A DNA stretch of 64,000 nt from Bispira polyomma (taxonomy: Eukaryota): positions 101,370,001 through 101,434,000 of the forward strand of contig OZ287748.1 of assembly GCA_965649765.1 (NCBI GenBank). The letters are read 5' to 3'. The translations under genes and the position numbers were made by a program. This document shows positions 49,640-62,065 of this stretch, one piece after another. Every line of letters begins with the position of its first letter. Position 1 is the first letter of the stretch. Under the pieces are notes generated by a model. That model was not told the origin of the DNA and did no database searches. It was given only the letters and a program-made list of their open reading frames with translations.

Positions 49640-50265
49640 GTACTGCAATTCACTTTTCAGGAGTCTCTCAAAGTTTAATTTACGCAAATTACAATGCATT
49701 CAAAATAGTGCAGCTAGAATTGTGTCAAACACCAGTCGATACACTAGTATAACTCTTGTTCTGAAGAAATTGCATTGGCTCCCTGTTGAACAGCGTTCAG
49801 TGTTTAAGACAGCTACACTTGTTTATAAGTTTCTCCACACTGGGTTTCCAAAGTATTTTGCCCCATATCTTTCCACTTACAGTAGTTCCTACAATACCCG
49901 ACGCAGTCAGAGTGGTAGTAATTTCCTTGTTGTTCCGAAGTTCCACCCATCTACTCAAAAGTCTGTTAAACAGTTTGGTCACAGCTTTGCTTTTGATGCT
50001 CCCATTGTTTGGAATGGTCTCCCTGATGTGATTCGTGCTTCCCCCTCACTAGCCAGTTTTAGAAAGAAGCTTAAAACCCACTTGTACACTAAAGCATATC
50101 CACCTTAGTTTCAATCATCCCCCGGCGCGCTCTACGTTGCTGACCCTTTTTTCTGTCCCTTGATTTTGGCAATTGGATGACTGTCTTTTGTGCTGGTGCG
50201 CCTTAGAGTCCCCTTTGTTAAGGGGAGATTAAGCGCAATAAAAGTCTAATTACAATTACAATTAC
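49640..50265 (+). mobile_element. L2 LINE, 5'-truncated 3' end
   Basis: YCNSLF..KLQCIQNSAARIV..LHWLPVEQR..AP..WNGLP..IR..FRKKLKTHLY; 3' stem-loop and (attaca)n tail. Confidence 0.9.
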
Positions 50266-52612
50266 GGGGATCCGTTCCCAGGTGGACATCTTATGATTTC
50301 CCATAGATTGCTCCCAGGTCGTGGTGGAGATTCCACAGACTTCCAAAAGTACTTGCTATGCCTTGGCATAGTTGGACATTTTACTACCTCTTTGATGTAT
50401 TTATGAGCTATAGCATCATGAGGTATCTTTGACAAACAATCTTTCTGATAGTGTTGCGAACTACCCTGAAATAATATTGCAGGCTGCCGTCACCAATATG
50501 TTCCTGCAGAAGTTCTGGCAATAGTTTCTCATACTGTCCATAATCAGCCAAATAACCAAAACCAAAGACCTAGTCAAAAAGGCCCTTCTTTTTCTTCTGT
50601 AGTGCATGTCTCCCTCGTTCCTTCACTGAAACTAAAATATCCATCAAAATACAGTTTGCCTTCTGTGCCTCTGAATATCCGTGTTGACAATGTGGAAATA
50701 CTATTGTCAACAAGCTTTTAATAGTGAATCTGTCATCAGTAAATTACTGTCTCAAATATGATGCCCCAATAATGCATGTGGCACTCCCCTTACTTGATAG
50801 TTGCAGGGTTGATACCACATTGTCGTAGAATGTTTGCCAGAAATTGTCAATTATCATCAGTCTGTCCTTGATAATTCACATTAATGTCTCATAGCCATGT
50901 TATTTCTGACATGCGACGACCGAAATTCACCGTGTCACCATTTATTGTATTGGTGCCCTATCCTTGTCTCAATGTGTCTCGTGAGTGTTGTCAGACTCCC
51001 TCAATGATGGCGTGGGTGAAGCCTCTTTTGGTAAATTTTTAGGCAAATAGGCACAAACAATGGAGACAACCGCAAACAAGTTAACGCAAAGCTCTCATGC
51101 ATTTTGTAGCCTATTTTGGATGATGGCTTTATAGTCAGACCAGGTAATTTTTACATTGGACTGTTTATTTTTTTATATCGATAAGCAATAACACACTCAA
51201 ACATAATATGCAGTGCCTCTCCCTGAATAACCTTATGATTGTTGATTCTATGACATTATATGATGTGGTTATGATACAATCGTAATAATTATATCTAATT
51301 TTACCACACACCAAGCTTTTGGATGTCTCGTACAGATTCATTTTTCCATAAAGTGCAACTGCAATGTATGTAAAACACAATGTACTCATGCACATATTGA
51401 AACAAAATGGCATGAAAGATATCATCAAAAATCAGTAGGAGTGCATTAGCATTTATATTGATTGTTTACAGATCATATTTAACGTAGAAACTCAAATGTA
51501 TTGCATGTTTTATACTATCTTACTTTTTACAAATGTTTTTGTGGATTTATTGACAAATATATTGCTTAACATTATGATTTCACTTTATGGATCACTAACT
51601 CTGTATAAGACATCTAAAAGCAAGGTATTTTTAAATGGAACATAACTCCTACATTTATACTATAACCACATTATATGATGCCACAGAATAGAATCACACC
51701 AGTTGAACGTTCGTTTGGGATTAACTAACGATCTAACCTAACCAATGCTTTCCATTTACCCACAGAGTTCTGTAGTTAAAGCCTCTTGGTTTATTGGTTT
51801 CATGATCATTAGTTGGCCTTTCAACGAGAAGTTAGATTTACAGTAACTGTTATTGTTTCTAAATCTGAAGATATAGGTTTCAGGATGAAAGCTAAGAAGA
51901 TGTGTTGACTTGTCTGAAATATCAAAGATTGACATGAGGGGATAATACATTAAAGTATGTTTGTAGTCATAATGACAAAATCATATTAATAAACTGACCT
52001 GTGTGGGTACATTATGGATAAAGCACTAGTCCAAGTGTAAAAGTGGGATTACTTGAAAACAGTTATAGGTACAAATATATTGATAACAGCCACCCAAACA
52101 CTCATGTAGACCAAGAATAACAAAGCTAAACTAGAATTGAAGGCAGAATCATGATTTATAATAGGTTGTGTTAGTTGTAAAAGGTAGGACCACACTTAAT
52201 CTAATATTCCGGTTTGATACGACTTTATGTGTTCCAGCAGCCCATATGGCATTGAAATTTTAGAAGATATGGAATGTGTAGATGGTAGGATTAAAATTTT
52301 AAATGTGATTACATAAAGAACAGTGGAGTCAGTCAGATGAATCTAACCAAAAATGTAACATGTTTGCCAGGTGATATAGCATCACCACTATTTAGGTTCT
52401 TTGGTCAAAAAGGTTTCACACATTTATGAATCAAGGGGAAAAACCCTAGTTGTCGAATGGACACTAAGCCTTTTTTTTTTGTTCAAATGTATGAAGATAT
52501 GGCTCAGTGAACGAGCTGTGAGGGGACCAAGGGGACCCAGTAGTTAGAAGCTTTAGCTTCATAAACACTGGCCTTGCACCAGTGTGGGTCGGAATCCTGT
52601 CTGTTCCTTTAA

Positions 52613-52920
52613 GTAGTGTTGTATTACAAGTGTAGTAGTGTTGTATTACAGGTGTACTATTGTTGTATTACAAGTGTAGTAGTGTTGCATTACAGGTGTA
52701 GTAGTGTTGTATTACAGGTGTAGTAGTGTTGTATTACAAGTGTAGTAGTGTTGTATTACAAGTATAGTAGTGTTGTATTACAGGTGTAGTAGTGTTGTAT
52801 TACAGGTGTAGTAGTGTTGTATTACAGGTGTAGTATTGTTGTATTACAAGTGTAGTAGTGTTGCATTACAGGTGCAGTAGTGTTGCATTACAGGTGTAGT
52901 TGTGTTGTATTACAGATGTA
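52613..52920. repeat. 22-bp minisatellite, ~14 copies
   Basis: (gtagtagtgttgtattacaRgt)n. Confidence 0.95.
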
Positions 52921-55612
52921 ATAAGGTTTCATTTCATGTACAGTTGTGTTTTACTACAGGTATAGTTTTTCAAGTACAGTAGTTTTTTATTACACGTCCT
53001 CTTATTCTTGTCTAGGGTATATTTTAGCATTGTCTTGTTTAGTAGTTGTTAATGTGTACTTGTTTAATAGTTTCAGAAACGGTGATGATATTGATGATGT
53101 GTATTATGTGAACGGCAATTCTTTCAATAAAAATTGTAATGTGGAGACATGATATTTTCAAACACCTAAGTTACTTGCACACAAGCCACTTCTGCTAATC
53201 ATGTAACTGAGAAATCTATAAAGTACATTAATAACACAATGGAAACTGCCACAGAAAAAAGAGCTTGTATTGGTTTCTTTGTAAAAGTGTGTACACGTCT
53301 TTCTGTGAATATAACTTTTTCCTACTTTTTTATCATTGCCCAAGTTACTCAAGTCACCACAGTATACAGTCATTTGTTGCATGACTGTATATTTTCTCAT
53401 GTAGTGCTTTTTCATTTTAATTTGTAGTAAGGTTTTTAGAAATAATTATTTGTGTTTCACACTTTTTTAAGGTTGCTCAAGTCACCACAGTATGAAATAA
53501 TTTTTCACAAGTCCCAGCAAATATCTTTTGTCGAATAATGCTTCTCCATTTTGATTTGTAGTTAGTTTTTAAAAACACAGATATATGTCGCCAGTTGGAA
53601 ATTGAGGACTAAATCTTTGCCATAAGTTTTCATTGGCTTACTGATGTTAAATATATATGTAATGGTAAAGTCGCCTTGCTTACCAAAACTGGTCTCACAT
53701 TTGAGTTTTAGTCTCAGCAATATATTTATTTGCGAATTTAGACTAATATGATTTACTTGAGTGGTTGATATGAAGCAAGAGTATGCTTGAGGCAAGAAAT
53801 TTGGTGTTTAGTTTTTGAAGAAAATATAATGCGAAGTATGGTAACAAATAATAAATGTTTCTTATAGGTAGGCATTGTAATTGTTTATAGAGATTATTGC
53901 TTGAGACTTTTGGCTAAATAATTGAGCCAGTCTTAATTTTGAGACCAAACCTGAGACTAAAGTTGGTCTCAACTGATTTGTGAATATTTCCCAATGTGAG
54001 ACTAAAACTTGATTTAGACAAAATTTAGTCACAGACTATATAATGAATGGTGCCTCCAAATATTGTGTGTTCAATTCTTATGTGTATACTAACACTAAGT
54101 GAGTATGAATTTTTGTATGGACAAAAATACCAAAGATGTTTGTAAAGCTTGCCAAGATTGTGGAAGAAACCCATGCTGAAGCACTGTAAACCACCGACCT
54201 ACAGCAGGTACCTGCCAAACTTCTCCAAATGAAGAAATGAATGGGATTCAAACCCACACTGATGAGAGGCCAGTGGTTTTGAAGCAGGCACTTCTAATCA
54301 CTAGGTCGCCACAGATCCAGATTTACATTGGCGGCCTGTAAGTTTTGCAAATAGTGGTTACTATTTCCTTCGTATATTGGTGTGCATTGATCTGGGTTTT
54401 TGTTTTTGTAGTTTAACTTAGTATTTTTGTACAAATGTAATGACTTTGTGTTCAGTTACATGTTTGAAACTGCATGTGAAGTGAATTAAATCTGGTCTCC
54501 AGTCAATACTACACTATTGGTATTGACAACACATTAATATCCAATGAGGTAATGTTTGCGACTTCTTTTTTTATAGTATTCGACTGACTGAAATGTTAAT
54601 TTCAAAGTGCAAGTTTAGAATTTAAAATCCCACCTATGGTTTCTTTAATGACAAAAGCAGAGTGGCTCTTTACATAGAAGTTATTGTCAAAGAGGCCTTG
54701 CTAGTTATGATTAGGAAATGACAACAAACGTTTACCTGGGCTTAATGATTACTTCAATGGGTCCTTGAAGGATGCCCAGTTTCAAAGGAAAACTGGTATT
54801 TTGGATTCTCAGTGAAAGTTCTACACCGTTAACTTTACTGTTGTTTATCTTAATCCTAATTACTTGTTCCCTAATGGCTCTACTCAAACAGCTAATTGCT
54901 ATTTGTTTGCTAGTTTTTGTTTCTGAATCTCTAATATCTACTTCAATGGAATCAGTCTTAGATGTATGTATCAATTTAATGTGGTTTCCCCTTTTTGTGT
55001 TACACCAATCGAAAACGTAAAAGCGTTATTTTAAATGCCCTGTGAAATGACCATTTGACCAATAAGATCAGAGGCAGTATTTATTAATCTTCAATTATAG
55101 AATACAAGGACAGTAAGACAAACAAACCCAGTGATTGTGATCCAAAACAGTCAAACATGTTGTTGAGTCCTTTGTTTGAAAACCTGGATTTAGAATATAA
55201 CATGTTTTATATAAAGTAATGCTATCTGAAAGCATCTTTTTCTTTGCTTTTGGTTCTGAATTTATAAAGCAGAGTTTAAAATAAACTCTGGGGGCTCATC
55301 TGTGAGATATACTGTATCATTGTAATGTTTTGGCTGATGCTATCAGATCTAGTCCGTTATTCTGTAGGCTTGTAAGATTAAATCATGTAAATAATAAAAT
55401 TGTTGGGCTTCACCTGGTACACTCAAGCTCAAAGCCATCAGAAATACTAGAGTATTTGTAAGTCTTAGAAGAATAATGTCTATGATATAGTAAATGAACA
55501 CTAGTTGGAATATAGAACAATTTATTGTTGCCAACTGAATTTAAAACCAAATCAACAGACCATTACTCCAATTGTTAAGTTGCAATAATATTCTAACACT
55601 CTTTGTTTCTAC

Positions 55613-55827
55613 AACCACTGGTCTCTCACCTCTGGGCAGCGTGAGTTCGAATCCCGTCGATGCCTATGTGGGAAAGGTGGTAGTTCCTTACTGTGGGCCG
55701 CTGGTTTCTCTGCAGAACCTTGACCGACTGTATGCAGTGTTTCCTCCAGCATTTCCAACTACCTGTCCCAATATAACCTACTAAAAGGTACTAGAGTTGA
55801 CGTTAAATATCCAAATTCCAAAATTTT
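55613..55827 (+). mobile_element. SINE family 1, 5'-truncated
   Basis: 12-bp TSD ctttgtttctac (55601-55612, 55828-55839); absent from the duplicated copy. Confidence 0.88.
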
Positions 55828-55866
55828 CTTTGTTTCTACCTTTTTAGCAGGGTCTTTCTCTTTGTC

Positions 55867-56700
55867 CTAGACACATTGGCAAATTCCGACACATTGTGGG
55901 GTCTTCTTATGTTTTTTACAGTAACGTGCGTTGTCAGGGAAACCACTACAGTTGCCACCCTCCTTGATCTTACAGTGGCACAGGCATTGGTGGCACAAAA
56001 GAAGGTCCTGGGGACTCAAGCAGTCGGCATCTTTGAAGAGTGGATCTTTGAGGGACGTTGAGCACAACATGTGTAGCCATCCCAGTTTCAACCGTCGCTG
56101 TTTTGTAAAGGGAAGGGATTCATGGGTAGACTTCCCAGGTGGTTAGCCCCTCCCATGTTGGCCAAGTTGGCAGCATGCACCCCCAGCACAGGGTAGGTGT
56201 TGATCTTTCCTGGTGGTTTGGACCACTCCTCCCAAATGTAGTCAAACATGGCATGGAGGAGGAAGAAAATCGGGTCATTGGGTGAACACAGGATACTGCC
56301 AAGATGGCCGCCCACATATCCATGATGTTGGCTATTGTAACCCTCCAGGGGTGAGAAGAGAGTCAGCTCTGTGAACGTGGCTGATGGCAACATGTCGTTA
56401 GAAATCTTTTCCCTTGTCAACAGAGTATTAGGGCTGCCAGACGTCAATCTGGTTAATTAGTACCTATGGACTGACAGACAGGGGTCACAACCCAGTTTCT
56501 AGCAAGCTTGCCATTGTTGACACATCCACTACTTCGACCCCAAAACTGGTGTGTCAAAACCACACAGTTCCTCGGATCAGGCAACATCTGTTCTATGCAA
56601 CTGTCCCAGAAGGGAACTGTGACACTGTTAAAACCAGGACCCAGAGCTCTCATGATCACGATGTGATTATGGATGAGGGAAGCGTTACTTATTATATTTA
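55867..56700 (-). pseudogene. Tyrosinase-like pseudogene A (CuB region + Cys-rich tail)
   Basis: VTVPFWDS, FWGR..G.VNNG, HHGYVGGHL..CSPNDPIFFLLHAMFDYIWEEW, C-terminal DADC.SPQ.LL.CHQCLCHCKIK.GGNC; in-frame stops and frameshift. Confidence 0.82.
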
Positions 56701-56991
56701 GAATTTTGAGCCACTTGGAAAACATTTGTGGAACTATTGAACAAATATATGGACAATTTGATAGACAACACCCAAAACCATTTTGCTGACCAAAATAAAA
56801 ACACGATTTTCAGAGTGGTAGAATTTTAGTTTGAAGCTAATTCTTTGAGGTAACAAGTCAATACTTTTTGTATATTTTCCTGTGAATTTTCAATATTTTA
56901 GACCTTTTCGGACTGTTTATGTTATATTTTGAACTATATAAATTAATAAAATTATATTTTATCAGTGGATAATAAAAGTAAAACAACCCTT

Positions 56992-57109
56992 GTGGTGTAT
57001 ATTAAAAAATTATATGACTTAAGAAGATAAAACACACCATTCTAGCCAAACCGGGGTTGTATTGTCCTGTTTATTTTCTTTCGTCATATAATTTTTTAAT
57101 ATACACCAC
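56992..57109. repeat. Hairpin or MITE-like inverted repeat between the duplicated units
   Basis: Perfect 27-bp arms gtggtgtatattaaaaaattatatgac / gtcatataattttttaatatacaccac. Confidence 0.8.
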
Positions 57110-57434
57110 TTGGGTAATTTTCCTATTATATTGCACTCAGTGTTGGTTTAACTTCATTTCGTGGAAAGTTACATCAATCAGATTTTGAAAAACAAGATTA
57201 TTTTGTATACTCAATAAGTATGTGGCAAAGTACTTCATGGTTGTAGCCTTCAGATCAAACTGAATGTATGACAAACAGGCAGTTGAAACTAGTCCGTACT
57301 CACTATTTTTAATATTTTTTTATATTTAAGAGGTTCTTAAATACAAATATTGGGTGTGAAGGCTAGCCATCTAAAAGGGGAGAAAGAAGATAAACATGAG
57401 GCCTTGAATTGTCTTCATTCATTTTACTACTATG

Positions 57435-60400
57435 GTAACATGTTGGCTTTGTGACATAGCATCACCACAAGTTAGGTTCATGCTGTGGTCAAAATGGTTT
57501 CACACATTTATTAATCAATAGGAGAAAACCCACATATTGACTGACTACAGGGGTAGTGTAGCAATGTAGTAGTGTTGTATTACAGGTATAGCAGTGTATT
57601 ATTAGAAGTATAGTAGTTTTTACAGGTCCTGTTATTCTTATCTCCGGTGTATTTTGGGGTACCCCTGTTTAGTAGTTGTTAGTGTGTAGTTGTTTAGTAG
57701 TTTCAGAAACAGTGATAATATTGATGATGAGTATTATGTGAACGGCAATTATTTTTATGAAAATTGTAGTGTCGAGACAAGATCTTTCAAACACCCAAGT
57801 TTCTTGCACGCAAAAGTCACTTCTGCTAATCATGTAACTGAGAAATCTATAACGTACATTAATAACACAATGGAAACTGCCACAGAAAAAGGAGCTTGTA
57901 TTGCTTTCTTTGCAAAAGTGTGTATATGTCTTTCTGTGATTATCACTTTTTTATCAATTTTATTTATCATTGCCCAAGTTGCTCAAGTCACCACAGCATG
58001 AAATCATTTGCCACAAATCCTAGCAAATATATTTTCTCATATAGTGCTTGATATTGAATGCCGAAAGTAGTTTGTGGTGTGTGTTCTAGTGACTCCAGCA
58101 ATACATAACTTATTAGTACCATAACTTTCCTTCAGTTCTCCACAATAGCTTTTGCTTGGGGTCGAAAGAATTAATGGTATGCCTTTTGATAAAGTAAAGA
58201 ATTTGGTTCTGTGGCCCTGAAGCTGGTCTTTGCAAAAATTAAAAGAGATATGAAAAATGTGACCTACTCCATGGCAAAGGGTCTTATATTTGGCAAACCT
58301 TAATAACATCAAATAAGATTAGTTTGGATTTAATATTGCTTTTGTGTCATATCATGATTCGTGGAGAAAATAAGAGCTGCATATTTGGTTAGGATTTTCT
58401 AGCTCTGCAAACCCACCAGCCTTCAGCTAGTCTACTGCCACCTCAGATTTGAAGTCATGGCAGCAGAGGTCAGAGGTGATCATGTTACTACTCCGCTTAA
58501 TGCATTGATGTCTTAATGAAACTCTATCACACTACAAAAGGTTAGATTTTTACAGTCAGATGAGACTGATGAAGTAGAAAAGCATGATTTGAATTGCGCT
58601 GTAAAACTAGTAGAAAACACTAGAAGGCAATTCAATAGTATACAAAGAAATCTGACATGATAATATACTCTTATTGTTCAGTAATAATAATAATAATGAT
58701 AATAATGCATTTTTAACGCGCTTTATTGATGCCAGGCATCTTCTAAAGCGCAACAGCAGAATCAGTACGGCATTTTACATGTAATTGTTCACCACATGCT
58801 ACCAAGGTGGCTCAATTTCACTGTATTATTGTTTTAATATATGTTGGAATAAATTTGCTACTTCGTTAAATGCAGTCCTTTCTTTTGTTTCTTGGAGATT
58901 TTACTATTCTGCTACACAAAGCTCTCTCCACTTTCAAGTAAACCCACTTGTATAAAAGGGAAGCTTCATAATTAATAACATTCAGTAAAATTCCACTTGT
59001 TAAATACCTTCTAGTTGGCGCCATTTTCACCCACTTCATTTGGTGCAATCAATAACCTTATACTTATAAGTATAGTAACAAATAATATAAGTTTCGTATA
59101 GGGAGGCATTGTCATCTATGTATACAGATTATTGCTTTATACTTTTGGCAAAATACTTGAGACATGTCCCAACCAGTCTTAACTTTGAGACCAAACGTGA
59201 GACTAAATTTGGTGTCAACTTTTTTGTGACTACCTACCCAGTATGAGACTGCTGTTGGTCTCGACGTTGAGACCAAAACTTGAGACTTAAGACAAAACTT
59301 AGTCTCAAAAGATTATGAATGTTGCCTTTCTAATATTGTGTGTTCAATTATTGTATGTGTAGACTAATAAGTGAGCATTAATTAGGTATGGAGAAAAGTA
59401 CCAAATATAGCTACATGTTTGTAAAGCTTGCCAAGAGTGAGATATTGACAAAACACCAAAGGCTGGGATCAAAGAGAGGCCAGACAGAGGCTTGAGTATG
59501 ACCATTTATTTATCTCTAAGAGTTTATCCCTGTCACTGGGGTAAATTATCTAATGACAGAGAGGTACCAGTTTAAGAGTGAATAACCAGTGAACCAAAAT
59601 TATGATACATACACATCTTTAAAGCAAAGTTAATTTCCCAATAACTGGCATCTCACTAATGTAGGTTCGAATGCCATTCATTCCTTCATGTGGAAAATTT
59701 TAGGATATAGCTGTAGCTGTTGAAAGCCATGTAAAACCCAACTAAATTAAATTGATGCAAAGTTTTGTTGTAACACCTACCCTATGAAATAATTTACTAA
59801 CTAATATACTATACCAGGAATTCCTCTCTGGCTTTAGAAGTAACCTTTAGACCCATCTGTTCACCCTGGCTTACCTCCATAAACATCTTTCTCTTCCACG
59901 TCACGAATTTACTTTGGAAACGGACTATGATTTTTACAACTTTGTCAATGATGTTGCGCTTTTAGAAGATGCCTGGCACCAATTACGCCCATTAAAAATC
60001 TATCATATCATTTTTTAAGCTGCATGTGAACTGAATTCAATTCTGTATCCTGTTAATGCTAGACTATTGGCATTAACAACAAATTAATATCACATTCTGT
60101 TTCTTTAATGTTAAAAATAGAAGTTATGCCAAATAAACCTGAAAGTTATGCTTAGGAAATGACAAACGTTTACCTGGACTAGATTATTACTTTAATGGGT
60201 ATTTAAAATATGCCTAGTTTCAAAGTTCTAGACCATTGACTTTAGTGTTGGTTATCTTAATCCTAATTACGTGTTGGCTTAACTGAAACAGTTAATTAAA
60301 TGCTCAGTGCCCCTCCAGCATACAGTTTACATGCAATTAGTTACTTATTCTATTGTAATAACAACAGCTATTTACAGAATATAATTTAGTAAGAGAAGGC

Positions 60401-62060
60401 CACCTTCAGTTAAAACGATTGAATTAACTTATTAGCCATAACCTTTGAGATGACCTTAGCCTGATTTTTAGGTTAAGGTAAACATATTAAGTTAAGAGGA
60501 TCTTAACTAGAGTTTAAATTACTGGTTATCTGTCATACTTTACCTTCAAGGTCACCATAGCCTGAGTTTAAGGTTAGGTGTATGTGATAATTCCTTGTTT
60601 CCTAACGGCTCTACTGAAACAGCCATTTGCTATTTGACTAAGTTTTTGCTAAGTTACTGAATCCCTAATACGTACTTCAATGGAACCAGCCTAAGGTATA
60701 TCTTCTAATTTAATGTGGTTTTGCTTTTTGTGTTGCACTAGTAAAAATGTTAAAGCTTTATCTTAAATGACCAGTAAAATGACCATTTGAACAATATGAG
60801 CAGAGACAGTATCAATTAATCCTGACCTTTAGAATGCAAGGACAGTAAGACAAATGAATTCAGTGATTGTGATCCCAAACAGTCAAGTCCAAAAACATGT
60901 TGTCGAGTCCGCTGTTTGAAAACTTGACTTTAGAATATAATCTTTCTATATAGAATAGTGCTATCTGAAAGCCTGTTATCATTTGTTTTTGGTTCTGAAT
61001 TTATAAAACAGAGTTTACAATAAACCCTGGGAGCTTAGCTGTGAGATATACTGTCTGACTGTAATGTTGTGGTTGATGTTTTAAGATCTAGTTCGTTATT
61101 CTGTAAACTTGTACGATTGATTCATGTCATCATAATATATCCTGAAACTCCAAAGCCTATCAAACAATCAAAAGAATTTATTGTTGTCAACTGAATTTAC
61201 AACCAAAACAAAGTTTCAAGAGGACATTACTTCAATTGTTTAGTTGTAATAACACTCTGACACTCTTGTTTGCTCCCTTATTTTTGTTGTTGGGGGATAA
61301 CTTTCTCTTAATCTTAGACATATTTCTTAGGGCTGCCGAGACATCTGGGAGCTCTCCTACAATATCATGCGTTGTCATCGAAACCACTACAGTTTCCACC
61401 CGGCTTGATCTTACAGTGGCACAGACATTGGTGGCAGAAAAGAAGGCCCTGGGGACTCTTGCAGTCAGCATCATTTCCACATTGGATTGCTGAGGGACGT
61501 TGTGCACAGCAGGTTAAACCGTTGCTGTTGTTTAAGGGAAAGTGATTCATGGTAGCATTTCCCAGGTGAATTCTCCCTCCGATGTTGTCCAAGGTGGCAC
61601 CATGCACCCCCGGCTCAGGGTAGGTGTTGATCTTTCCTGGACGTTTGGACCACTCCTCCTAAATGCAGTCAAACATGGCATGAAGGAGAAAGAAGATGTG
61701 GTCGTTTGGTAAACACCCAATATTGCGAAGATGACCACCCACATACACATGATTGCCACCATGGAAACCCTTCCAGGGGCGAAAAGTGAGTCAGCACTGT
61801 TAACGTGGCTGATGGCAACATGTCGTTAGAAAACTTATCCTTTTTCAGCAGACGGTTAGGGTTGTTAGCCGTTGATCTGGTTAATTTGGAGTTTATGGAC
61901 AGATAGACAGGTGTCAGGGTCACATCCCAGTTTCTGGAAAGCCTGCCATTGTTGACCAGTCCGTTACTTCGACCCAAAACTGGTTTGTCCAAACCACACA
62001 GTCCCTCGGGTCAGACAATGTCCCATCCATGCAACTGTTCCAGAAGGGAACTGTGACTCT
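57435..62060. repeat. Tandem segmental duplication, copy B
   Basis: Collinear with 52355-56625. Confidence 0.85.
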
Positions 62061-62062
62061 GC
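61300..62062 (-). pseudogene. Tyrosinase-like pseudogene B
   Basis: Paralog of 55867-56700 (H.NHVYVGGHL..NDHIFFLLHAMFD; CAQRPSAIQCGNDADCKSPQGLLFCHQCLCHCKIKPGGNC); frameshifted; 5' part cut by Ngaro copy 3. Confidence 0.82.
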
Positions 62063-62065
62063 AGT

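Larger units (their letters stand above)
52355..56625. repeat. Tandem segmental duplication, copy A
   Basis: Collinear similarity with 57435-62060 (e.g. 53040-53360 vs 57670-58000, 54900-55600 vs 60620-61270, tyrosinase region). Confidence 0.85.

Noticed and set aside
52613-52920. Regular repeat array resembling CRISPR
   Set aside because: Head-to-tail 22-bp units with no unique spacers, in a eukaryotic context: a minisatellite.
57690-58001. 103-aa ORF with a paralogous region at 52946-53427
   Set aside because: No recognisable domain and the frame is broken in the duplicate; similarity is explained by the segmental duplication.
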